Shown here piece by piece: positions 33,654-39,769 of a stretch of DNA of 39,769 nucleotides. Numbering within the stretch: position 1 is the stretch's first letter; each line of letters begins with the position of its first letter. The stretch spans positions 1 through 39,769 of IMG/VR virus record IMGVR_UViG_3300033407_000055. One strand, given 5' to 3'. This DNA is from a virus (lineage: Duplodnaviria; Caudoviricetes). Position numbers and translations under genes: made by a program. The notes beneath the pieces are model-generated. The model had not been told where the DNA came from. It saw only the letters and a program-made list of their open reading frames with translations, and searched no databases.

Positions 33654-35876
33654 TCACTCCTTGAATTTAGGGGATTGCTCGTACTTCTTGCGCAGATCGC
33701 GGCTGTCCATGCGGAACATCGTGGACTTGCCGTCTGGTGACACCACGGTTACAGCCAGCGTGCCATAGGTCTTGCCAGTTTCCGGGTCGACCTGGTCAGG
33801 TAGCCGGATAATGGTAGGGTCCGGGGCGTCCGCCCATGCCCTGTCCCATGCCCGCTTGCCGGCCAGCATCGGCCCGAGGGTCGCGATGTCTGCGGCCAGT
33901 CGCAGGTCACCGTCGATACCCGGCACGTCAATCGTAACGCCGTTCTTACCAGCTTCCTCGACCAGCGCCTCTGTGAAGAACACGCCCGTGGCCGTGGGAT
34001 CGGCCCCGATCAGGGCGGCGATAGGCTGGCGGTCTGGCGACTTCGGGTAAGCGTAGCTACCGAGTACGTCAACTTCCTGCTTGGTCACGTCCATAGCGAT
34101 GGCGATAGTGGCCTCGTCGCCTAGCGTCAGGTTGTTGCCCAGCAGGTCGTAGTTACGGCCAATGCGGTCAGTGATCAGCCGTTGCGCGGAGGGCGACAGG
34201 GGCTTATCGCCCAGCAACTCCCCGATCCAGCCCGCTCCCTGGCCCTGTACTACCTTGTCGATCTTGCTGGTCACGTCATCGTCAGTTGACTTGCGGCCTT
34301 TCTGCAAAGGCTGCCCGAATGCCACCTGAAACGCAATCTCCTCCGGCATATCCGTCTGCAATAGGCTGTCGTACTTGATCATACGGATGCCGTCGTCTTC
34401 CCCCAGGTAGGCCAGCGCTGCTGCCTTGCCTCCCGGCTTGTCCATGATAGCCTTGGTGAGCTGGTACGTGTTACGGAGGGCACCGCCTGGGTGGCCTTCC
34501 AGCTTGGCTACCCGCATACCGGCCTGGACATCGTTCTGCAACATCCGATTAACGAACCCTGCGCCAGTGTTGTAGTTCTCCACTACCCCAGTAGCCCAGT
34601 CAGCACCGCTAGCCATGTCAGTACGGATGGCGCTGTAGCTGGCGACGTTGAAGTCCTCCAGTTTATGCCCTGCCCATACCGCGTTGCTGCCTGCGCCAGC
34701 ACGCCACAGCTCCAGAGCCTCCTGCTGCAAGCCCAGTTTGGCCTGCACCTTTGAGGAGTCTTCCTGCCGCTTCTCCTGCTTCTTGTACAGGGCGGCGTAG
34801 TTGCCTGCCAGGGCCGACGAGAACTCCTTACGTGTGAACAGGTCGCCTTCGATCCCGGTGCTAGCTCGGAAAATCTCGTTCATCCTGCCGACTTCCTGGG
34901 CCACCTGCGCGGGACTCATTACCCCGGCACGAGCGCGGCCCTTCAACTCCCCGATAGCTGCGCCGAACTCAAGGAACCCTTCCCGCTCGCGAGTCCGTGC
35001 CTCGTACTTCACTCGTGCGTCTAGCAGCTTGGTCTTGACTTCAACCGGGGCTGAGTCGAGCAAGCCCGAGCTGAACACAACTCCGGCGTAGTGGTGGTTG
35101 CCATCTGCCATTGCAGCAGTCGTGGCCTCCTCTACCGCCGCCCAGTAGGACTCCGGCGACTGGCCGGCCAGCGGGATCAGGCTCTGTGCGGCGCGGGTCT
35201 GTAGCGTGGCGAAGTCCTTCTCGCTCAGCGTCCCCTCTCGCCGCTGCCGGCTAGCTGCCTGAAATGCGCCAGCCGAACTGGTCATCATCCCTGCAACCTG
35301 CTGCTGCATGGTGGTCTGAGTCCACTTGTAGTGGGCCTTGGTGTGGGCCTTATAGAAGTCCCCACTAGACTCGACCATCTTCTGCTGGATCACAGCGTCC
35401 GTGGCCGCGTCACCCGTCAGGAAGTTCAGCATCTTGCCGTTTACTTCCCTGCCGATGTCCTCCTGACTCATGGTCTGTAGGCGGGGCATGTCCGCGTACA
35501 GATTCTGCGTGTACTTGTCTACCTGACTGATCTGCGCAATCGTCTGAGCACCGCGGACTTCGGCGGACGGTCCGAAGATGTTGGTGTACCAGGGCTGCTC
35601 GTCGATGATGTCCTTGAGTGCGTCACCTTGGGCTACCCGCTGGGCACCCACTAGGAACTGCTCGGTCTGCCGCTTCTCAACCGCCTTGTTCAACACGGCC
35701 CCGCCCAGGCTCATCACTAGGTCCATCGTAGAAGTGTCTACCTCTACGTTCTGCTGGGCCTGCGGGTTAAACACCTGTACCTGGGCGCTCGGCGCAAGCC
35801 GCCCGAGCTGCGGGGCGATGGTAGATAGCTGTACCGGCGCCGCAGGCTGTACGGCGTAACTAGGTGACTCTGCCAT
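33654..35876 (-). CDS. Internal virion (ejection) protein, gp15-like
   Basis: 740 aa, helical, QPWYTNIFG motif, synteny. Confidence 0.82.
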   Translation of the reverse strand: MAESPSYAVQPAAPVQLSTIAPQLGRLAPSAQVQVFNPQAQQNVEVDTSTMDLVMSLGGAVLNKAVEKRQTEQFLVGAQRVAQGDALKDIIDEQPWYTNIFGPSAEVRGAQTIAQISQVDKYTQNLYADMPRLQTMSQEDIGREVNGKMLNFLTGDAATDAVIQQKMVESSGDFYKAHTKAHYKWTQTTMQQQVAGMMTSSAGAFQAASRQRREGTLSEKDFATLQTRAAQSLIPLAGQSPESYWAAVEEATTAAMADGNHHYAGVVFSSGLLDSAPVEVKTKLLDARVKYEARTREREGFLEFGAAIGELKGRARAGVMSPAQVAQEVGRMNEIFRASTGIEGDLFTRKEFSSALAGNYAALYKKQEKRQEDSSKVQAKLGLQQEALELWRAGAGSNAVWAGHKLEDFNVASYSAIRTDMASGADWATGVVENYNTGAGFVNRMLQNDVQAGMRVAKLEGHPGGALRNTYQLTKAIMDKPGGKAAALAYLGEDDGIRMIKYDSLLQTDMPEEIAFQVAFGQPLQKGRKSTDDDVTSKIDKVVQGQGAGWIGELLGDKPLSPSAQRLITDRIGRNYDLLGNNLTLGDEATIAIAMDVTKQEVDVLGSYAYPKSPDRQPIAALIGADPTATGVFFTEALVEEAGKNGVTIDVPGIDGDLRLAADIATLGPMLAGKRAWDRAWADAPDPTIIRLPDQVDPETGKTYGTLAVTVVSPDGKSTMFRMDSRDLRKKYEQSPKFKE

Positions 35877-36580
35877 TACATATTCCTCACGAATGCCGGG
35901 TTATTGGTAAGCGGTGCGGCCTGCCCTTGCAGGTTGACCTCTCCGCGAGTCGAGCCTAAGCCCCCGTAGGCGGCGTAAGCCTGGGCGAACTGCATCGCCG
36001 CCTGCCCTACTACCTGCCCCGTGCTAGGCACGTTGATCTTCTGGGCCTGGACCTCGAACTGGTTGATGTTGTCGATAACCGGCGACAGGTCTAGGCCGAG
36101 GATCATAGCGTCCACCTGTTGCTCTCGCTGCTGGCGTAGGCCAAAGTCCTGTTGCTCCTCTTGCCGTGTGATCTGCTGCTCGATCTGCGCTCGGCGAAGC
36201 TCAGAGGTCGCCCGTAGTACGTCCGCCGTGTTGCCACGAACGCCTATGGCGGACTGCCGGGCAAACAGCGCCCCTGCGTCCTCCGCTGCCTGGATACGGC
36301 GGCTCACGCCACCCAGTACCGTGGACTCTTGGAATCGCAGGATGTTGCCAGTGGTCGCATCGATAGCGTCTCCGGCGTTCTCAAGCATGACTTGGTTCTG
36401 GCGTGACTGCATGTAGCGGCTGAGCGAGGTCTGCGCACCCTCGACTTGGTTACGAGCCTCGCGCAGAATGTTCTGGACCTTGGCGTTGCTTTTGGCTGTA
36501 GTTTCGGCAGCCTTGGCTTCGCCCTTCTTGCCCATCGCACCGCCTAGCGCCATCGCCCCCATGATAATGAGAGGGATCAT
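35876..36580 (-). CDS. Internal virion (ejection) protein, gp14-like
   Basis: Start at MIPLIIMGAMALGG with AAGGAG RBS; hydrophobic N-terminus, Ala/Gln-rich. Confidence 0.82.
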   Translation of the reverse strand: MIPLIIMGAMALGGAMGKKGEAKAAETTAKSNAKVQNILREARNQVEGAQTSLSRYMQSRQNQVMLENAGDAIDATTGNILRFQESTVLGGVSRRIQAAEDAGALFARQSAIGVRGNTADVLRATSELRRAQIEQQITRQEEQQDFGLRQQREQQVDAMILGLDLSPVIDNINQFEVQAQKINVPSTGQVVGQAAMQFAQAYAAYGGLGSTRGEVNLQGQAAPLTNNPAFVRNM

Positions 36581-36582
36581 AG

Positions 36583-39111
36583 TTACTCCTTGCGTGAAGT
36601 GAAGAACTGGCCTGACCACTCCACGCTGGAAATAGTCATAGGGAGCCAGTTGCGCGAGAAAAGCCGCAGGCGGAAGTCTCGGACTTCCCGCATGATTGGT
36701 ATAGTTAGTGAGTACGTCTCTGCGATTGCCTGTGTATTGAGCGCCCATTCACCGAGGGCGCGGGCTACCCAGTCAGTGCCTACTACCTCTAGCTCCTGGG
36801 CTTCGGTACGTCCACGAGTGCCGGCCCGAAGGGCGGACGAGTCGGCCATGGTCACTACGTACTTGGTCATGACTAGCCGGCCGGCCAGAACGGCCTTGTC
36901 CTTCCGGTCACGGATGTACGGCGCGGTCGGCTCTACACTGGAGTCGTACAACGTACCGGCTAGTGCGATGCTTTCCAAAGCTGGAAGGCTGGTAAACAAC
37001 ACCTCGGCAGTCTCCAGCTCCCTACCGATCAGCCGGTACACCCCGGCATCCTCGCCGACTGCTACAACACTGTTGGCCTCCCCCACCCACCCTTGCTCAA
37101 TCGTACCGCCCGCAGTCCATAGCCGCTGGCTGTCAATGTACGGAGCGTCTGCAAGCTGCGGCTCCCGCGAGAACTGGTCCAGCACCAGGGCTACACCATT
37201 GGCGCCGTCCCGAAGCGTAAGGGAGTACACGGTACTCTCGTGAGTAGTGATGCCAACCATTACCCCTAGCGACGCATCCCACTCCCACCGGCTCCACGAG
37301 TCGAACAGGCGCTGCTGCTCTGCTGCTGTATCGAGGTAGCTGTAAACGAACAGGCCGTTCGGTTGCTCCTTGGTCCGAATGAACAGCATTGATGGGGAGG
37401 TCAGTGCCGCAATCTGGCGTGGAGTCCCGCGCAGGTAGCCGTCAAGCTGGGTACTAACGTCGAAGGCATCGAAGCTATCCGCGTAGGCACCAGTCTGCAT
37501 CTGCTGGATGGTCAGGCGGTTGGTCCGCTGCTGTGCGAAGAACACCAGGTTCCCCGATGCAGTGGGCGGTGCCACCGTGGCGTCCTCGTGTGCGGACTGC
37601 ACCGCGATGAAGGCGTTATGTGGAGTGATCACCTCGCGACCGGGAAGGGCGTACTGCTGCCGCATCCCAAACAGCAGGAGGCTCCGGTCGATCTGAACGC
37701 CTGCTGACACCACGTCTCCGTCGCTGCCCTCAGCGAACATCTCGATAGGGTCGTCATCGGCCACCGTCAGTGCAGACGCATTGAAGAAGTTGAAGTAGTC
37801 ACCCGACTTGGACAGGAACACGATGGCCCCGGTAACGATCATCAGGCGGTCTTGAAACGGGCGCAGGTACGTGATCGGCGCGCCTAGGAACTCCGGCTTA
37901 GGGTGCGAGTCAAGGTCGCCGGCACCAGAGGACTCGAAGCGGGGCACGTCTACCAACCCGCTGACTGTCTCCAGTAGCGCCGCTGTTGACGCAATGTACA
38001 GCGTGTTACCGACGATGGCTCCGAGCAGGAACACCACGTTCGGGGTGATCTTGACGCCTGCGGTTTCCTTCCACACTACCTCTCGGAAGCCTGTGAGGCC
38101 TGGTGTCTTCGACTCGGCCACGACGTAGTAGCTAGGGCTAGTTGCCTGCCCTGTCTGGCGTGGAGTCACTCGGACCACCTTACCAACAGTGTGCAGGTCG
38201 CTGAGGTCGGCCACAGTCTCAATCTCTTGAGCGATGGCTTTGATCAAATTGCCGTCTCCAGAGTCGTCTACCGTGACGTTGATGTAGCCCGTAAGCCGCA
38301 GGTGCGCGGCGGTTCGAACTACCGACACCCCGGCGGCAGCAAGGAGTAGCCGTAGTTGCTCGGCTACGTTCTCCGGCTGGATGGCCGAGGCTGCCGATGC
38401 AATGTGCTGGTTAACCGCAGTCTGGTACGCGTACACACGGTCATTGACTTTCTTCTGGTAGTCCGGGTCGCTAGTCAGCAGGTCGGAGGTATCAAGTACG
38501 CCTTCATAGTAGCTAGCCGGAGTGGTGTATTCCACTGTGACTACCGAGCCAACGGCAGGGTATGCATTGACTGTGAACTTACGGCTGTACGCACCGCCTT
38601 TTACCCATACAACCGACTGCTCGGCAGTGGCTGCGAGCTGGTCGACAGAGGTATAGGTAGTGTCACGGCCAGTAACGGCTAGGGCCAAGAACTTACCAAC
38701 CGGCGAAACAGCAGAGAGGCCCAGTTCCAGTCCGGTAAGGGCTACAGTGTCAGCCTCCCCCACCGCCACGTCCATGATAGTGGCCTCGTCTTTGTTAATA
38801 CATACTACGCTTGGCAGTGTGGAGCCTAGAGGCTTAGCCCCAGTGCGGTACATCAGCGAGTACGTTAATCCCCCGATTGAGAAGCTGCTCTCAGCGAAGT
38901 CGCTCGCGTCCTCGATACTTGCAGCGGAGTACGCAGTGTCTGGCACCAGCTTCTCGTCGCGCATTACTGATCCTGGGCGACGAGCAAGCCCCCGCACTGG
39001 GTCAGATATGATGTTCACCTGCTCCCAGTGCTGTCCTGGGAGTCGGTCGTGTGCTACTTGTTCGGACACGCCACGAATTAAGGACTCGAAAGAGCCTGAT
39101 CGTTTTCCCAT
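36583..39111 (-). CDS. Tail tubular protein B (nozzle, gp12-like)
   Basis: SLIRGVSEQ, SDPVRGLARRPG, FQDRL, DDDPIE, DSWSRW. Confidence 0.95.
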   Translation of the reverse strand: MGKRSGSFESLIRGVSEQVAHDRLPGQHWEQVNIISDPVRGLARRPGSVMRDEKLVPDTAYSAASIEDASDFAESSFSIGGLTYSLMYRTGAKPLGSTLPSVVCINKDEATIMDVAVGEADTVALTGLELGLSAVSPVGKFLALAVTGRDTTYTSVDQLAATAEQSVVWVKGGAYSRKFTVNAYPAVGSVVTVEYTTPASYYEGVLDTSDLLTSDPDYQKKVNDRVYAYQTAVNQHIASAASAIQPENVAEQLRLLLAAAGVSVVRTAAHLRLTGYINVTVDDSGDGNLIKAIAQEIETVADLSDLHTVGKVVRVTPRQTGQATSPSYYVVAESKTPGLTGFREVVWKETAGVKITPNVVFLLGAIVGNTLYIASTAALLETVSGLVDVPRFESSGAGDLDSHPKPEFLGAPITYLRPFQDRLMIVTGAIVFLSKSGDYFNFFNASALTVADDDPIEMFAEGSDGDVVSAGVQIDRSLLLFGMRQQYALPGREVITPHNAFIAVQSAHEDATVAPPTASGNLVFFAQQRTNRLTIQQMQTGAYADSFDAFDVSTQLDGYLRGTPRQIAALTSPSMLFIRTKEQPNGLFVYSYLDTAAEQQRLFDSWSRWEWDASLGVMVGITTHESTVYSLTLRDGANGVALVLDQFSREPQLADAPYIDSQRLWTAGGTIEQGWVGEANSVVAVGEDAGVYRLIGRELETAEVLFTSLPALESIALAGTLYDSSVEPTAPYIRDRKDKAVLAGRLVMTKYVVTMADSSALRAGTRGRTEAQELEVVGTDWVARALGEWALNTQAIAETYSLTIPIMREVRDFRLRLFSRNWLPMTISSVEWSGQFFTSRKE

Positions 39112-39114
39112 GGG

Positions 39115-39708
39115 TTAGCTCCAGCGGCCATCCACACCAGTGTGGAAGCGGTTCTGTTGAAGGGTGACGCCAGTGTCGCCGTCTTGCAGCATGTTGGCGC
39201 GTACAGACCGGATATGCTCGGCCATCAGCAGGGCGCGGGCCTCGTTGTATTCCATGTGCGCTTGTTCGATCTTAGCCTTGTCGCCGTCGTAGGACTGTTG
39301 GAAGTATTTGACGGTGCTGGCTTTGATCATACGGGCTGCATGGTACGGGCAGTCTTCCAGCGGTAGGAGGCGGATGAGCGCTACTGTTACTACACGAGTG
39401 CCGGTAAGGTAAACCCCGTTACGGTTGTCGTACAGCCGGCGACCACGGAGACTAACCCAGGGCGGGTTAACGTCAGTGGCCAAGCCTAGCGTGTCTGCGG
39501 GGAGGTAATACTCACCGTCCGTGTTGGGGTTAATCTTGACGACTTCGGAGTTGAAGTACCACCCGAAGGATTGCTCTGCCGGTAGCTGATTACTCAGGGC
39601 TTCCTTGGCAGAGGTGATGAAGACGTTGTCCGCGTCTGCGGAGTTAACGGGTGCTTCGCCCATAGAGGCCAAGCACGAGTTGATTACGGTCAGTTCAGTG
39701 ATCAGCAC
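39115..39708 (-). CDS. Tail tubular protein A (adaptor, gp11-like)
   Basis: TELTVINSCLASMGEAPV, GWYFNSE, RGRRLYD; GGAGG RBS. Confidence 0.95.
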   Translation of the reverse strand: MLITELTVINSCLASMGEAPVNSADADNVFITSAKEALSNQLPAEQSFGWYFNSEVVKINPNTDGEYYLPADTLGLATDVNPPWVSLRGRRLYDNRNGVYLTGTRVVTVALIRLLPLEDCPYHAARMIKASTVKYFQQSYDGDKAKIEQAHMEYNEARALLMAEHIRSVRANMLQDGDTGVTLQQNRFHTGVDGRWS

Positions 39709-39769
39709 GGCTAATCCTCCATACGCGAAAAAGCCCCCGCTGCGCGAGGCAAGCGGGGGCTAGGGTTTA
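39605..39769. repeat. Terminal overlap with 1-164
   Basis: Second copy of the contig start. Confidence 0.95.

Noticed and set aside
1960-39118. Long plus-strand ORFs (e.g. 1960-2712, 10488-11138, 32137-32811, 36590-37243)
   Set aside because: Antisense shadows of GC-rich genes with no recognisable motifs.
1-39769. Apparent abundance of CTAG and possible stop-codon recoding
   Set aside because: CTAG looks unavoided rather than enriched, and core genes are intact in the standard code.

Overview
The window is an essentially complete (~39.6 kb) genome of a lytic T7-supergroup podophage (Autographiviridae). It has the phiKMV-like arrangement, with the single-subunit RNA polymerase at the end of the replication block. 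All credible genes are on the minus strand. The contig is circularly permuted: bases 1-164 repeat 39605-39769 apart from one homopolymer base. The physical ends probably lie in the non-coding region near 22.9-23.2 kb. Gene order along the minus strand: (1) control region with one phage promoter, three sigma70 promoters, a boxA-like element and a long structured leader; (2) small early genes including a lipoprotein, a GNAT acetyltransferase and a T7 gp0.7-like kinase; (3) primase, helicase, family A DNA polymerase, exonuclease, endonuclease VII, metallophosphoesterase, ligase and RNAP; (4) portal, scaffold, capsid, tail tube and internal virion proteins; (5) chimeric tailspike, holin, terminase, Ig-domain protein, SAR endolysin and spanins. 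The most notable unexplained element is a ~365-nt untranslated early leader. It contains a 150-nt multibranch RNA with UUCG and GNRA loops and a strand-specific G-U pair. A GC-rich proteobacterial host such as a pseudomonad is only an inference. No database searches or folding programs were run; family calls come from recognised motifs and gene order.
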